DNA from: Bordetella parapertussis
GTDB lineage: Bacteria; Pseudomonadota; Gammaproteobacteria; Burkholderiales; SG8-39
Direction of reading: 5' to 3'
NCBI GenBank assembly: GCA_945897475.1
Contig: CAMDFL010000004.1
Location: forward strand, 1-56,030
DNA length: 56,030 nucleotides
Position 1 is the stretch's first letter. The number at the start of each line of letters is the position of its first letter. Both the position numbers and the translations under genes were made by a program. This document shows positions 36,990 through 49,300 of this stretch, piece by piece. The notes below the pieces were generated by a model, which saw nothing but the letters and a program-made list of their open reading frames with translations, was not told the origin of the DNA and did not search any database.

Positions 36990-39275
36990 TCAGGGTGGTG
37001 CGCTCGTGGCCTCATCGCGCTGCTTTGACTCGGAAGGCGCTTCCGGTGGCAGATTTTCCTCATAGAAATATTCGAGGCGACCATTGGGTGTTTTTGGGTT
37101 TCCGTCGATGACCCTCGCCGTGACGATGCCCTCGGGCTGGGGCATGAACACTTCGGGTACATCCTTGAGCGCTCGGGCCATGTAATCGATCCAAATGGGC
37201 AGGGCGGCGACCGCCCCGGTTTCGACATTGCCAAGTTTTTTGGGTTGGTCATAACCCATCCAGGCGACCGCGACGATGCCAGGCTGATAGCCGGCGAACC
37301 AGGCATCGACCAGATCGTTGGTTGTTCCCGTCTTGCCCGCCAAGTCGCGACGTCCCATGGAGTTGGCGCGCGTCGCGGTTCCTTGTCGCACAACATCGTG
37401 CAACATGCTGTCCATGAGAAACGCGTTGCGGGGATCGATCACGCGAAGACTGGGGTCGCCGGCGAGCACTGGCTGGGCCTGCGCGAGCAGGTTACCTCGA
37501 TCATCGACAATGCGCTCAACGATGTAGGGCTCAACTTTATAGCCACCGGTTGCGAACACCGTATAGGCGCGAGCCATCTGCCATGGCGTGACCGCGCCAG
37601 CGCCCAATGCCATGGTCAAATACGGGGGATGCTTTTCGGCATCGAATCCAAAGCGAGTGACGTAATCTTGCGCGTACTGCGTACCGATTGATTGCAGCAA
37701 CCGGATTGAAACCATATTTTTAGAGCGGGTCAGCGCGGTACGCATGCTGATGGGCCCGTCGTATTTGCCGTCGTAATTTTTCGGTTCCCACACCTGCCCG
37801 CCAGTGAGAAACGGGTCAACCGTCACGGGGGAGTCGTTGATCATTGTCGCCGGGGTAAAGCCCTTTTCCAGCGAAGCCGAATAGATGAACGGCTTGAACG
37901 ATGAGCCAGGCTGGCGCCACGCCTGGGTCACGTGGTTGTACTTATTTTGGTTGAAGTCGAAACCACCCACCAATGCACGGATCGCGCCATCGTATGAATT
38001 CACTGATATCAAGGCCGACTGAACGGTAGGTAGTTGCGCGATGGACCAGCGTTTTTTATCGTCTTGTTGTACCCGAATGATGGCGCCACGGCGGATGCGC
38101 CTGCCGGGGGTGGTTTTTTCTTCCAAGGCGCGTGTGGCGAATTTGAGACCTTCACCGGCAATCACGATGGTTTCGCCCCGGCGCCAGGCGCGTACCTCTT
38201 TTGCGTTGGCCTCTAGAACCACCGCCGCTAACAGGTCGTCGCTGTCCTGGTATTCCGACAGGACATCGTCGTAAGCCTCGTCACCCTGCTGCTTCAGATC
38301 TGCGAAACCCTCCGGGCCGCGGTAACCATGGCGTCGATCATAGTCAAGCACGCCCTTACGTAGCGCGGCGTAGGCTGCGTCCTGATCGACCTTGCGGATG
38401 GTGGTATAGACGCGGAAGCCGCGCGAATAGATTTCCTCCGGATAGCGCTCATAGAGCATCTGGCGAACCATTTCCGCGACGTAGTCGGCGCGCACTGGAA
38501 AGTCTGCCCCGTCTCGTTTGATAGTGATGGGCGCTTTTTGCGCGACGGTAAGCTGCGCCTCAGTGATGTAGTCCAGCTCACGCATGCGCCGAAGAACATA
38601 GAGCTGCCTTTGTTTCGCCCTGCTTGGGTTGGCGACCGGGTTATAGGCTGAAGGCGCCTTGGGCAATCCCGCCAGAACTGCGGCTTCGGCAATGCTTAGT
38701 TTTTCCAAGGGCTTTGCAAAATAGGCCTGCGCCGCCGCCGCAAACCCGTAGGACCTTTGACCCAAAAAGATCTGATTGATGTACAGCTCGAGGATCTGGT
38801 CTTTGCTGAGGCCAGCCTCTATTTTGAAAGCAAGAAGTACTTCGTAGAGCTTGCGGGTGACCGTCTTTTCTCTGCTCAGGAAGAAATTTCGGGCAACTTG
38901 CATGGTAATCGTGCTCGCGCCCTGCATCTTGCCACCTTGGCTTATATTGGAGTAGGCTGCTCTCAATACCCCGATGTAATCGACACCTGTGTGCTGATAA
39001 AACCGCTCATCCTCGGCGGCTAAGATTGCGTTCTTGAGGACATCGGGAACCGATTCAATTTTTACAACTGATCGGCGCTCTTCACCAAACTCACCGATAA
39101 GAAATCCATCAGCGGTGTAGATGCGCAGGGGAATTTTCGGACGATAGTCCGTAAGTGCTTCAATGGATGGGAGATTCGGGTAGGCGAGCAGAAGCACAAA
39201 GGCTGCAATCGCAGCCCCAATAATCCCGATTCCAGCGACGGTTGCCGCAGGGAAGGCGAGCCAGCGTATCCACAT
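36990..39275 (-). CDS. mrcA: Penicillin-binding protein 1A
   Basis: AEDERFY.H.GVD, GASTITMQVARN, RQPGSSFKP (SxxK), SKN, GKTGT. Confidence 0.96.
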   Translation of the reverse strand: MWIRWLAFPAATVAGIGIIGAAIAAFVLLLAYPNLPSIEALTDYRPKIPLRIYTADGFLIGEFGEERRSVVKIESVPDVLKNAILAAEDERFYQHTGVDYIGVLRAAYSNISQGGKMQGASTITMQVARNFFLSREKTVTRKLYEVLLAFKIEAGLSKDQILELYINQIFLGQRSYGFAAAAQAYFAKPLEKLSIAEAAVLAGLPKAPSAYNPVANPSRAKQRQLYVLRRMRELDYITEAQLTVAQKAPITIKRDGADFPVRADYVAEMVRQMLYERYPEEIYSRGFRVYTTIRKVDQDAAYAALRKGVLDYDRRHGYRGPEGFADLKQQGDEAYDDVLSEYQDSDDLLAAVVLEANAKEVRAWRRGETIVIAGEGLKFATRALEEKTTPGRRIRRGAIIRVQQDDKKRWSIAQLPTVQSALISVNSYDGAIRALVGGFDFNQNKYNHVTQAWRQPGSSFKPFIYSASLEKGFTPATMINDSPVTVDPFLTGGQVWEPKNYDGKYDGPISMRTALTRSKNMVSIRLLQSIGTQYAQDYVTRFGFDAEKHPPYLTMALGAGAVTPWQMARAYTVFATGGYKVEPYIVERIVDDRGNLLAQAQPVLAGDPSLRVIDPRNAFLMDSMLHDVVRQGTATRANSMGRRDLAGKTGTTNDLVDAWFAGYQPGIVAVAWMGYDQPKKLGNVETGAVAALPIWIDYMARALKDVPEVFMPQPEGIVTARVIDGNPKTPNGRLEYFYEENLPPEAPSESKQRDEATSAPP

Positions 39276-39451
39276 GTAAATTTATGTCCTGCGAGTGTCG
39301 TCGAATTATATAAGGGCTTGGTGAGGTACGGATGTGGTATTTCTACCGATTTCTTTAGATAAATGCTTTACAGGATCGAGAGTTGCTATTAGGATTTAAC
39401 GTGGAATATACTTTCTTCGCCTAACCGGATATTTAGAAAGGAGATTTTAGC

Positions 39452-40534
39452 GTGGCGCTTTCATTTGATCTCTTTAAAGCTAAGCTGCCGCCGGTACTTG
39501 GTCTGGATATCAGTTCATCGTCGGTGAAGTTGGTCGAACTGATTGACGCCGGTAAAGGCGCGCTACGCGTTGAGCGCTATTGTATTGAGGCGCTACCCAA
39601 GGATGCCGTCGTAGATGGAAACATCGCCAATTTGGAGGCGGTCGTCGAGGCCGTCCGGCGTGGGTGGAAGAAGCTGGGAACCAGGACAAAGAACGTGGCC
39701 ATGGCGCTGCCAACTGCAGCGGTCATTACCAAAGTAATCACGGTCCCCGCCGGCCTTCGCGAGGAAGAGTTGGAGTTTCAAGTCGAAACCGAGGCGAACC
39801 AATACATTCCATTCGCATTGGATGAGGTTAACCTCGATTTTCAGGTGATCGGCCCCGCGCCTTCTTCCCCTGAGGAGGCGCAAGTCCTGATCGCCGCCTC
39901 TCGGAAAGAAAAGGTTGAGGACAGAATGGCGGTTGCCGAGGCAGCCGGGCTTAAAGCCACCGTAATGGACGTCGAAAACTACGCCGTGCAGGCTTCGTTT
40001 GATTTGATTCGAAGCCAATTTCCGGACGAAGGCAGGGACCAGAGCGTTGCCTTGGTGGACGTCGGTGCGAACGTGATGAATATCATCGTTCTGCGCAATG
40101 ACCAGACCGTATATACGCGAGAACAGGCGTTTGGCGGCAGTCAACTGACGCAAGACATCATGCGGCAATACGGCATGAGCCAGGAAGAAGCCGAAGCCGC
40201 AAAGCGATCCGGTGGCTTGCCTGAGAACTACGAGACCGAGGTTTTAAGGCCATTCATGGAAAACATCGCTCTGGAGATTCAGCGGGCGATGCAATTCTTC
40301 TTCACCTCGACGCCATACACCTCGCTTGAGCACATACTGTTAGCCGGAGGTTCCGCGGTAATTCCCGGACTAGAGGAAGTGGTCTCGACACGCACGCAAA
40401 TCAACACCCTGGTCGCGAATCCATTTGCAAGGATGAGTTACTCGCCAAGAATCCAACTCAAACGATTGGTCGCGGACGCGCCGTCGCTGATGGTTGCATG
40501 TGGATTGGCGCTGAGGAGGTTTGACCCAATATGA
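39452..40534 (+). CDS. pilM: Type IV pilus assembly protein PilM
   Basis: GLDISSSSVKLVEL, EANQYIPF, VDVGA, REQAFGG.QLT, ACGLALR. Confidence 0.96.
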   Translation: MALSFDLFKAKLPPVLGLDISSSSVKLVELIDAGKGALRVERYCIEALPKDAVVDGNIANLEAVVEAVRRGWKKLGTRTKNVAMALPTAAVITKVITVPAGLREEELEFQVETEANQYIPFALDEVNLDFQVIGPAPSSPEEAQVLIAASRKEKVEDRMAVAEAAGLKATVMDVENYAVQASFDLIRSQFPDEGRDQSVALVDVGANVMNIIVLRNDQTVYTREQAFGGSQLTQDIMRQYGMSQEEAEAAKRSGGLPENYETEVLRPFMENIALEIQRAMQFFFTSTPYTSLEHILLAGGSAVIPGLEEVVSTRTQINTLVANPFARMSYSPRIQLKRLVADAPSLMVACGLALRRFDPI

Positions 40535-41127
40535 TTCGCGTCAACCTGTTGCCATGGCGAGCCGAGCGCCGCATCGCCCAGCGCAAGCATCTTGCGGTGC
40601 TGGCTGCGGGCGTTACTGGAATTGCACTGATGATCATTGTCGCCGTGCATGGCGGCATTGCTACTGTCATCGCCAAGCAGGAAGATCGTAATGCGTTTTT
40701 AAAGAGCGAGAACAGTCGCTTGGACAAGGAAATTGAGGAAATCAAGAAGCTGAGAGACGAAATCGCTGCGCTGTTGGCTAGAAAACAGGTCATTGAGCGA
40801 CTGCAAGCCGATCGCTCGCAGGCGGTAAATTTGCTTGATCAGTTGGTGAGGCAAACCCCGGATGGAGTGTATTTGAGGTCATTGAAGCAGCAGGGGCTAG
40901 GCGTCAGTCTGGTTGGTTATGCCCAATCCAATGCACGTGTTTCGACGCTGATGCGAAATTTTGGCTCTTCGCCCCATCTAGAGAGTCCGGTGTTAGTGGA
41001 GATCAAGGCCGCGACGGTCAACGCCAAGCGGGTATCGGAATTCAGTATGAGTGTGCGGCTCAAGCAGTCCGAGGCCTTGGATGCGGGCAAGGGTGTCGTT
41101 CCAGCCAAAAGCGCCGCGGGCAAGTAG
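40531..41127 (+). CDS. pilN: Type IV pilus assembly protein PilN
   Basis: RVNLLPWR, PDGVYL, GYAQSNARVSTLMRN. Confidence 0.95.
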   Translation: MIRVNLLPWRAERRIAQRKHLAVLAAGVTGIALMIIVAVHGGIATVIAKQEDRNAFLKSENSRLDKEIEEIKKLRDEIAALLARKQVIERLQADRSQAVNLLDQLVRQTPDGVYLRSLKQQGLGVSLVGYAQSNARVSTLMRNFGSSPHLESPVLVEIKAATVNAKRVSEFSMSVRLKQSEALDAGKGVVPAKSAAGK

Positions 41128-41139
41128 GGGTATTCGATC

Positions 41140-41778
41140 ATGAAACAATTGCTTGCCCAGTTTCAAAACCTCAACCCCAAGGACCCGGGCACTTGGCCGG
41201 CGCTGCCCAAGGCGCTGGCGCTGTTGGTATTGTTAATTGCGATATTGGGTGCTGGGTTTGTGTTTGATGTGCAAGGACTACTGGACGAATTAGATGTTGG
41301 CGAAAAAAAAGAGGTCACGTTAAAAGAGGATTACAAGAACAAGAAGCAGCAATCCATCAACCTGGATCTTTATCGACAGCAAGTGCGTGAAATTGAAAGT
41401 TCCTTCGGCGCATTGCTCAAACAATTGCCCAATCGTTCGCAAATGGATGCCTTACTCGTCGATATCAATCAGGCTGGATTGGGCCGTGGTTTGCAGTTTG
41501 ATTTGTTCAAACCGGCGGCACAGGAATCGGCGCGCGATTTCTACGCCGAGTTGCCGATTCAGTTGAAGATTGTTGGCTCGTACCACGACATGGGGCAGTT
41601 TGCCGCTGACATCAGCCAACTACCCCGCATCGTCACCTTGAATGATATTTCGCTTAGCGCGGCAAAAGACATAATAACGATGGATGCAACCGCCAAGACC
41701 TTCCGTTATCTGGATGATGAGGAGGTCTCCGCGCAGCGGCGAGCTGCCGCGAAATCAGCGAAAGCGGGCAAGAAATGA
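41140..41778 (+). CDS. pilO: Type IV pilus assembly protein PilO
   Basis: DPGTWP, LLKQLP..MD.LL.DI..G, FYAELPI, LPRIVTL, AKTFRY. Confidence 0.95.
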   Translation: MKQLLAQFQNLNPKDPGTWPALPKALALLVLLIAILGAGFVFDVQGLLDELDVGEKKEVTLKEDYKNKKQQSINLDLYRQQVREIESSFGALLKQLPNRSQMDALLVDINQAGLGRGLQFDLFKPAAQESARDFYAELPIQLKIVGSYHDMGQFAADISQLPRIVTLNDISLSAAKDIITMDATAKTFRYLDDEEVSAQRRAAAKSAKAGKK

Positions 41779-42299
41779 GGACCGCATTTGTCGCATTGGG
41801 ATGTTCATTGTTGCTCGCCGCGTGCGGGGGCGAGCAATATGGGGATCTCAAGGAAGAGTTAAACGCACTGACCAAGGACATGAAGGGAAGGGTGGATCCG
41901 CTTCCCGTGGTTAAACCCTATGAACCGGTTCCCTATCAGGTCTCGGATCTTCCCGATCCATTCGGTACCGCAAAGTTCGAAACGGTTACTAAAGGCGGAG
42001 GCACGGGATCCAGCAAGTTCAAACCAGACGATAGCCGGCCCAAAGAGCCCTTGGAAGCATTCGCCCTGGAGTCTTTGAGGATGGTTGGCACGCTGCAACA
42101 AGGCAAGGTGACGTTTGCGCTGATCAGAGCGGACGCCAGTCTTTACCGCATCAAGGCCGGCAACTACTTGGGCCAGAATTTTGGTTTGGTTACCGATGTA
42201 TCCGAAAATGAACTCAAATTGCGCGAATTGGTTCAGGATGCGAGTGGCGACTGGACTGAAAGAGTCGGCGCGGTTCAACTACAGGAGGTTGGGAAATGA
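41775..42299 (+). CDS. pilP: Type IV pilus lipoprotein PilP
   Basis: LAAC lipobox, DPF, RPKEPLEAF.LE.L.MVG, GNYLGQNFG. Confidence 0.95.
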   Translation: MRTAFVALGCSLLLAACGGEQYGDLKEELNALTKDMKGRVDPLPVVKPYEPVPYQVSDLPDPFGTAKFETVTKGGGTGSSKFKPDDSRPKEPLEAFALESLRMVGTLQQGKVTFALIRADASLYRIKAGNYLGQNFGLVTDVSENELKLRELVQDASGDWTERVGAVQLQEVGK

Positions 42300-44464
42300 A
42301 ATCTCTAATAGAACGAGCCGTGCGGGAACGAGCAGTGGTGGAACGAGTACTGCGCGGCTTTGCCGCCGCGATACTTCTAACGATGGCAGACATGGGATTC
42401 GCGCAAAATGCCATTGAAGGATTCAATGTAACCCAGCAGGGTGGGCAAATTCTGGTGCAAATCACCACCAAGGCACCATTGCGAGAAACGCCGGCAAACT
42501 TCACTGTCGCCAATCCAGCGCGCATAGCCTTTGATTTTCCCGCTACGGTCAATGCCTTGGGAAAAAACAGCCAGGATGTCGGTCAAGGTGAGTTGCGGTC
42601 CATGAACGTAGTGCAAGTTGGTGATCGTACCCGAGTTGTTCTTAATCTCAGAAACATGGTGCAGCACGACGCGCGAATTGAAGGTAGAAATCTGATTATT
42701 GCCTTGTCGCAGATTCCAGGGGGCGCTGCGGCCGCATCTGGCAGCGCTCGGTTTGCCGAAGGCCGCAACGACGCCAAGCATTCGATCAAGGACATCGTAT
42801 TTCGACGCGGTAAGGATGGCGAGGGACGTATCATCGTGGACTTGTCAGATACCTCAACTGGGATAGACATACGCCAGCAGGGGCAGTCGCTTGTCATTGA
42901 ATTTTTGAAATCAAATTTGCCGGATAGCCTTCGCAAAAGGCTGGACGTGGTGGATTTTGCGACCCCGGTGCAAACGGTCAGCACCTTCGCACAAGGCGAA
43001 AATGTGCGCATGGTGATCGAGCCCCGCGGCGTCTGGGAACATAACGCCTACCAGACAGATACTCAGTTTGTCGTCGAAGTGAAGGCAGTTCAAGTGGACC
43101 CCAATAAACTGGTGCAGGGGTCGCGAACCGGCTATATCGGGGAAAAGCTGTCGCTTAACTTTCAGAACATCGAAGTGCGCAGCGTGTTAAATGTGATCGC
43201 CGATTTTACCGACCTCAATATCATCACCAGCGATACGGTAGCGGGAAACCTCACGCTTCGACTAAAGGATGTTCCATGGGATCAGGCCTTGGACATTATC
43301 TTGCAGACACGTGGTCTGGACCAGCGCAAGAATGGCAATGTGGTCTGGATCGCGCCACGGGACGAATTGGCGACAAAAGAAAAACTCGCGCTTGAATCAA
43401 GACAGCAAATTACCGAACTGGAACCGGTACGCACTGAAAGCTTCCAACTCAATTATGCCAAGGCCGATGTCATTTCTAAGATCCTATCCGATGATAAGCA
43501 GCGCATTCTCTCGAAGCGAGGCAGTTCTGTCGTCGATCCCCGCACCAACCAGCTTTTCGTGCAGGACGTTTCGGTTCGCCTTGAGGATGTCAGACGCCTG
43601 ATCAGCAAGCTCGACATCCCGGTTCGCCAAGTACTGATTGAAGCCCGAATTGTGGAGGCCAATGATAATTTCAGCAAAAATCTGGGCACCCGCCTGGGAT
43701 TTGGCCGCGATCTTCGAAGCACTCAGGGCATTCGGGAGGGAACTCGGTTGTTAGGAGACCAAAGCCTCCAATTTAATGTCGGCGGCGCGTTGGCGCCCGT
43801 GGGTCAGGTAACCGGACTTATAGCGGGGACACCGAATTTTACTGGCGGTACCAATGCTGAAACTCTGCAGAATGTGAACCTGCCGGCATCCGGTCTTGCT
43901 GGCTTTGGCGCGGGCGCTTTCTCGCTGATTCTATTTAACCAGGCCAAATCGCGATTCCTTTCTTTGGAACTCACAGCATTGGAATCGGACGGCAAGGGAA
44001 AGATTATTTCCAGTCCGAGGGTATTGACTGCGGACAATGTGGAAGCCTTAATAGAACAAGGAACCGAATTACCCTACCAGCAAGCGACATCCAGTGGCGC
44101 GACATCGGTTTCGTTCCGCAAGGCAAATCTGGCGCTCAAGGTCAAGCCACAAATAACGCCTGATGGCAACATCATAATGGCCTTGGATGTCAACAAAGAC
44201 GCGGTTGGTCAGGTAACCACTTCCGGTTTTGCGATCGACACCAAGCACATAAAAACCGAGGTCCTGGTGGAGAACGGCGGTACCGTGGTCATCGGCGGAA
44301 TTTACACCCAGGACACACGCAATACCACGATCAAAGTCCCGCTTTTTGGGGACATCCCGGTGCTTGGTCAATTATTCAGGAACAATCAACGCTCCGATTC
44401 GAAAACCGAATTGTTGGTCTTTATTACACCGCGAATCGCCTCCGATAGACTGGGGCAACGATAA
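42296..44464 (+). CDS. pilQ: Type IV pilus secretin PilQ
   Basis: AMIN domains, LSLNFQNIEVR, VPWDQALD, QVLIEARIVEA, GGTVVIGGIY, ELLVFITPRI. Confidence 0.96.
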   Translation: MKSLIERAVRERAVVERVLRGFAAAILLTMADMGFAQNAIEGFNVTQQGGQILVQITTKAPLRETPANFTVANPARIAFDFPATVNALGKNSQDVGQGELRSMNVVQVGDRTRVVLNLRNMVQHDARIEGRNLIIALSQIPGGAAAASGSARFAEGRNDAKHSIKDIVFRRGKDGEGRIIVDLSDTSTGIDIRQQGQSLVIEFLKSNLPDSLRKRLDVVDFATPVQTVSTFAQGENVRMVIEPRGVWEHNAYQTDTQFVVEVKAVQVDPNKLVQGSRTGYIGEKLSLNFQNIEVRSVLNVIADFTDLNIITSDTVAGNLTLRLKDVPWDQALDIILQTRGLDQRKNGNVVWIAPRDELATKEKLALESRQQITELEPVRTESFQLNYAKADVISKILSDDKQRILSKRGSSVVDPRTNQLFVQDVSVRLEDVRRLISKLDIPVRQVLIEARIVEANDNFSKNLGTRLGFGRDLRSTQGIREGTRLLGDQSLQFNVGGALAPVGQVTGLIAGTPNFTGGTNAETLQNVNLPASGLAGFGAGAFSLILFNQAKSRFLSLELTALESDGKGKIISSPRVLTADNVEALIEQGTELPYQQATSSGATSVSFRKANLALKVKPQITPDGNIIMALDVNKDAVGQVTTSGFAIDTKHIKTEVLVENGGTVVIGGIYTQDTRNTTIKVPLFGDIPVLGQLFRNNQRSDSKTELLVFITPRIASDRLGQR

Positions 44465-44566
44465 GTCGCGGAAAGGCGGTTCTGGCTTTCCTTGGCTGAT
44501 TTGGAACATAATCCCACTTAGTCATCCAGCATTCAGTTCGCGGAACTGGATTGTCGATCTAGTCCA

Positions 44567-45100
44567 GTGAAAAACTCTTCGAATATCATTCTTGTCGGCC
44601 TGATGGGCGCCGGAAAGACTACCGTCGGCCGTAGTCTGGCCAGACGACTCGCAAAATTCTTCGTTGATACCGACCTGGAGATCGAGGAGCGCACTGGCGT
44701 GCGCGTTTCGGTAATTTTCGAGATTGAGGGAGAGGCCGGTTTTCGCAAGCGAGAGTCCGAAGCTTTGTCGCGCATGGTTGCGTTGGAAAATATGGTCCTG
44801 GCAACCGGTGGCGGGGTGATCCTGGATTCCAATAATCGGGATCTGCTCCGATTAAGCGGATGTGTTGTATATCTACACGCTCGCCCCGGCGAGCTTGCAA
44901 AGAGATTAGGCCAGGATAAAACGCGTCCCTTGCTTCAAGGAATGGAACCGCTAAAGCGCCTGGAAGCCTTGTATTCCGTACGCGACCCCCTTTACCGGGA
45001 AGTGGCGGACATCGTTGTCGATACGGGACGCCAAAGCGTAAGCGCTATGCTGGGACAATTGTTAGTACGTCTGGAGTCGGAATGCAAACCTATACCGTAG
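44567..45100 (+). CDS. aroK: Shikimate kinase
   Basis: [30 protein letters not shown]. Confidence 0.96.
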   Translation: MKNSSNIILVGLMGAGKTTVGRSLARRLAKFFVDTDLEIEERTGVRVSVIFEIEGEAGFRKRESEALSRMVALENMVLATGGGVILDSNNRDLLRLSGCVVYLHARPGELAKRLGQDKTRPLLQGMEPLKRLEALYSVRDPLYREVADIVVDTGRQSVSAMLGQLLVRLESECKPIP

Positions 45101-46161
45101 CGCTGGATGAAAGGGCGTATCCAATCCACATTGGCGCTGATCTGCTGACAAACACAGAATTGATCATTCCGCACTTGGCCCAAAAACGCGTCGCGCTGAT
45201 TACCAATGAAGTTGTGGCGCCTTTGTATTTGGATACTGTGCGTGACGCCTTGGAGCGCGTTGGCGTCAAGGTGGTCCCTTTGATTCTGCCCGATGGCGAA
45301 CAACATAAGCATTGGCAAACTTTGAATAAGGTGTATGACGAGTTGATCGCCGCTCGCTGTGAACGAGGAACCACGATTGTGGCCCTCGGTGGTGGGGTGG
45401 TTGGAGACATTTCCGGCTTCGCTGCGGCGACTTATCAGCGTGGCACGCCATTCATTCAAATACCCACTACGCTTCTGGCCCAGGTCGATTCATCGATTGG
45501 GGGCAAGACTGCGATTAATCATCCGGCTGGCAAGAACATGATAGGCGCGTTCTATCAGCCGCGAGTGGTGATATCGGATATGCGCACCTTGTTGACGCTT
45601 CCTGATAGGGAGCTAAAGGCCGGCTTGGCGGAGATCATCAAACACGGTCTGATAAGAGACGAAACTTTCTTTTCATGGTTGGAGTTGAATATAGACCGCA
45701 TTCTCGCCAGGGAAATGGATGCGCTGGCGCATGCGGTACTTCGTTCTTGCGAAATCAAGGGTGCGGTGGTGGTGCGCGACGAGCGGGAGCTGGGCGAGCG
45801 TGCCTTGCTGAATTTTGGCCATACCTTCGGGCACGCGATAGAAAACGGCATGGGATATGGCGCTTGGTTACATGGTGAAGCGGTAGCGGCTGGAATGGCG
45901 CTGGCATCGGATCTATCTATGCAGTTGGGAATGTTGGAGACTTCCGCAATAAAAAGAATACAAAAATTATTATTGCGCGCGGGACTGCCGGTGGAGGTGA
46001 ATGGGATCTCCGCCGACAAATTGCGCCAATTAATGAGCCTGGACAAAAAGGCCAAAGACGGAAATCTTCGTTTTATTCTCCTTGAACGCATCGGTTCCGC
46101 CGTTATTCGGGCGGATGTTTCGCCCAAAGCACTTGAACGGACCCTAGCGCAGGTATTTTGA
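45082..46161 (+). CDS. aroB: 3-dehydroquinate synthase
   Basis: [51 protein letters not shown]. Confidence 0.97.
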   Translation: MQTYTVALDERAYPIHIGADLLTNTELIIPHLAQKRVALITNEVVAPLYLDTVRDALERVGVKVVPLILPDGEQHKHWQTLNKVYDELIAARCERGTTIVALGGGVVGDISGFAAATYQRGTPFIQIPTTLLAQVDSSIGGKTAINHPAGKNMIGAFYQPRVVISDMRTLLTLPDRELKAGLAEIIKHGLIRDETFFSWLELNIDRILAREMDALAHAVLRSCEIKGAVVVRDERELGERALLNFGHTFGHAIENGMGYGAWLHGEAVAAGMALASDLSMQLGMLETSAIKRIQKLLLRAGLPVEVNGISADKLRQLMSLDKKAKDGNLRFILLERIGSAVIRADVSPKALERTLAQVF

Positions 46162-46306
46162 TGCCCAGCGACGCCTAAAAAGCCCGAATTTCGTACAAAA
46201 GCGCTTAACGTCTTGATGCAATGCAATATCACTGGTAAATTCCTAGGTCCCAAAAATCAAACCTAATCGGGCGAAGTTCGCTCGATCTCGGGAAAGAGGT
46301 TGACGC

Positions 46307-49300
46307 GTGGATAGGCAGGTTCCCCCGGAAAAACAGGGTCTTTACGATCCGAAAAACGAGCATGACGCGTGTGGCGTCGGCTTCATTGCGCATATCCGTG
46401 GGGAAAAATCGCACTCGATCGTGGAGCAAGGCCTCACTATTCTGCACAATCTGAACCATCGCGGAGCGGTGGGCGCGGATCCGCTTGCCGGCGATGGCGC
46501 AGGTATCTTGATTCAAATTCCGCACGCGTTGTTTCAGGAAGAAATGGCGAAGCAGGGAGTTAGCCTGCCGTTGCCGGGACAGTATGGGGTAGGCATGGTT
46601 TTTCTGCCGAAGGAACCCGCGTCGCGTCTCGCCTGCGAATACGAAATCGAACGCGCCATCAAGGATGAGGGGCAGGTGCTCCTTGGTTGGCGGGATGTGC
46701 CTTGCGACAATTCGGGATTGGGAGACTCGGTCAAAAGTATCGAGCCTGTTATCCGGCAGGTGTTTATCGGTGGTGGCACCGATGTCACGGTGACCGATGC
46801 TCTGGAACGCAAGCTCTACATCATTCGAAAATGTACGGGACATGCCATTCAAGCCCTCGCGCTAGCACACGGCAGGGAGTTCTATGTCCCCTCCATGTCG
46901 GCACGCACCATCGTGTACAAAGGCATGCTTCTCGCCAGTCAGGTTGGCAAGTATTACCTGGACTTGCAAGATGCCAGGGTGGTTTCCGCGTTGGCCCTGG
47001 TGCATCAACGATTCTCTACCAACACTTTTCCAACCTGGGATCTGGCGCATCCGTTCCGAATGATTGCGCACAATGGGGAAATCAACACCCTGCGCGGCAA
47101 CGTTAACTGGATCCGAGCACGACAGGGAGCGATCTCGAGCCCCATCCTGGGGCGGGATTTGGAAAAGGTATGGCCACTGATCTATGACGGTCAATCTGAT
47201 TCGGCATCGTTTGACAATGCGCTCGAACTACTGGTCATGAGCGGGTATTCGGTACCCCACGCCATGATGATGATGATCCCCGAAGCATGGGAAGGCCATG
47301 CTCAAATGGATGCGAGCCGGCGCGCGTTCTATGAATACCATGCAGCGATGATGGAACCCTGGGATGGACCCGCGTCGATCGCGTTTACCGATGGCCGCCA
47401 AATCGGCGCTACGCTGGATCGTAACGGTCTGCGACCCTCGCGCTACATTGTCACCGATGACGAATTGGTCATCATGGGATCGGAATGCGGATGTCTGCAG
47501 ATTCCGGAAGAAAAGATCATCAAGAAATGGCGCTTGCAGCCTGGAAAGATGTTCCTGGTCGATCTCGAGAAGGGCCGGATCATAGATGACAAGGAACTAA
47601 AGGAAACGCTGGCGCATGCCAAACCTTACATAGAATGGATGGATAGGATCCGCGTAAGGCTGGACACCATAGAAACCGACAAACAGCAACCGGAGCGTTC
47701 TGCGGTATCGTTGCTGGATCGACAGCAGGCTTTTGCCTATACGCAGGAAGACATCAGGTTTCTGATTACGCCTATGGCCGAGCAAGGAGAAGAGCCGACC
47801 GGATCCATGGGCAATGACTCTCCCTTGGCGGTGCTGTCCTCCAAGAACAAGACTTTGTATCACTATTTCAAACAGCTTTTCGCGCAGGTCACCAATCCTC
47901 CCATCGATCCGATACGCGAAGAGCTGGTTACCTCGCTGGTGTCCTTCATAGGCCCCAAGCCCAATCTGCTCGGCATAGAAGAACGAAATCCACCGTTACG
48001 GCTTGAAATCAGTCAGCCGGTGCTCGATTTTTTCGAAATGGAAAAGATCCGTCACATCGATAGATACACAGATGGCAAATTCAAATCGCAGGAATTGGAT
48101 ATTTGCTATCCGGTCGCCTGGGGCAAGGCGGCCATAGAGGCGCGTCTTGCTTCGCTTGCCGCGCAGGCCGAGGATGCGGTGCGTGCAGGTTACTCCGTCA
48201 TTATTATTTCCGACCGGAAAATTGACCGCGAGCACGTCGCTATTCCCGCTCTGTTGGCCTTGTCAACGATACACCAGCACCTGACCAACAAGGGCCTGCG
48301 CACCAGTACAGGTTTGGTGGTTGAAACGGGAAGCGCGCGTGAAGTTCACCAGTTTTGCCTGTTGGGCGGGTATGGCGCGGAAGCCGTACATCCGTACCTC
48401 GCCCTGGAGAGCGTGCTCGCGCTTTCCGCGCCAAAGCTTGCCGCTGACCAGGACGCCGCAAAAAAAGCGATAAAGAACTATGTCAAGGCGATCGGCAAAG
48501 GCTTGCGCAAGGTCATGTCCAAGATGGGCATATCCACCTACATGTCCTATACCGGCGCGCAAATTTTCGAGGCAGTGGGCTTATCGAAGAGTTTGGTCGA
48601 TAAATATTTTTCCGGCACTACATCAAGCGTAAATGGCATCGATATATTCAGTATTGCCGAGGAAACCATCCGTATTCACGATAGCGCGTTCGGCGACGAT
48701 CCACTGCTGGTGGACTCCCTGGACACCGGCGGGGAATACGCGTGGCGGGTTCGCGGAGAGGAGCATATGTGGACTCCCGATGCGATCGCTAAATTGCAGC
48801 ATTCGACGAGCAATAACTCCTATGACACCTACAAGGAGTATGCAAACCTCATAAACGACCAATCGCGTCGTCATATGACGTTTCGGGGCTTGTTTGAGTT
48901 TCGTTTCGACCAATGCAAGCCAGTGCCGCTTGATGAGGTTGAAACAGCGAAAGAGATTGTTAAGCGGTTTTCTACTGGAGCCATGTCGCTTGGCTCAATA
49001 TCCACGGAAGCACATACGACCCTGGCGATCGCCATGAACCGTATTGGCGGAAAATCGAACACGGGTGAAGGTGGAGAGGACCGTAATCGCTACGCACCGA
49101 TCAAGCTCGGAGAGACCCTTTCATCGCGCTTGGGCAAGCAGCAGATTGAGCGAGATCTAGAACTCAAAGAAGGCGATCTGCTTAAGTCAAAAATAAAACA
49201 GGTGGCCTCCGGTCGTTTCGGCGTAACGGCGGAGTATTTGTCCTCTGCCGAGCAAATTCAGATAAAAATGGCACAGGGTGCTAAACCCGGAGAGGGCGGC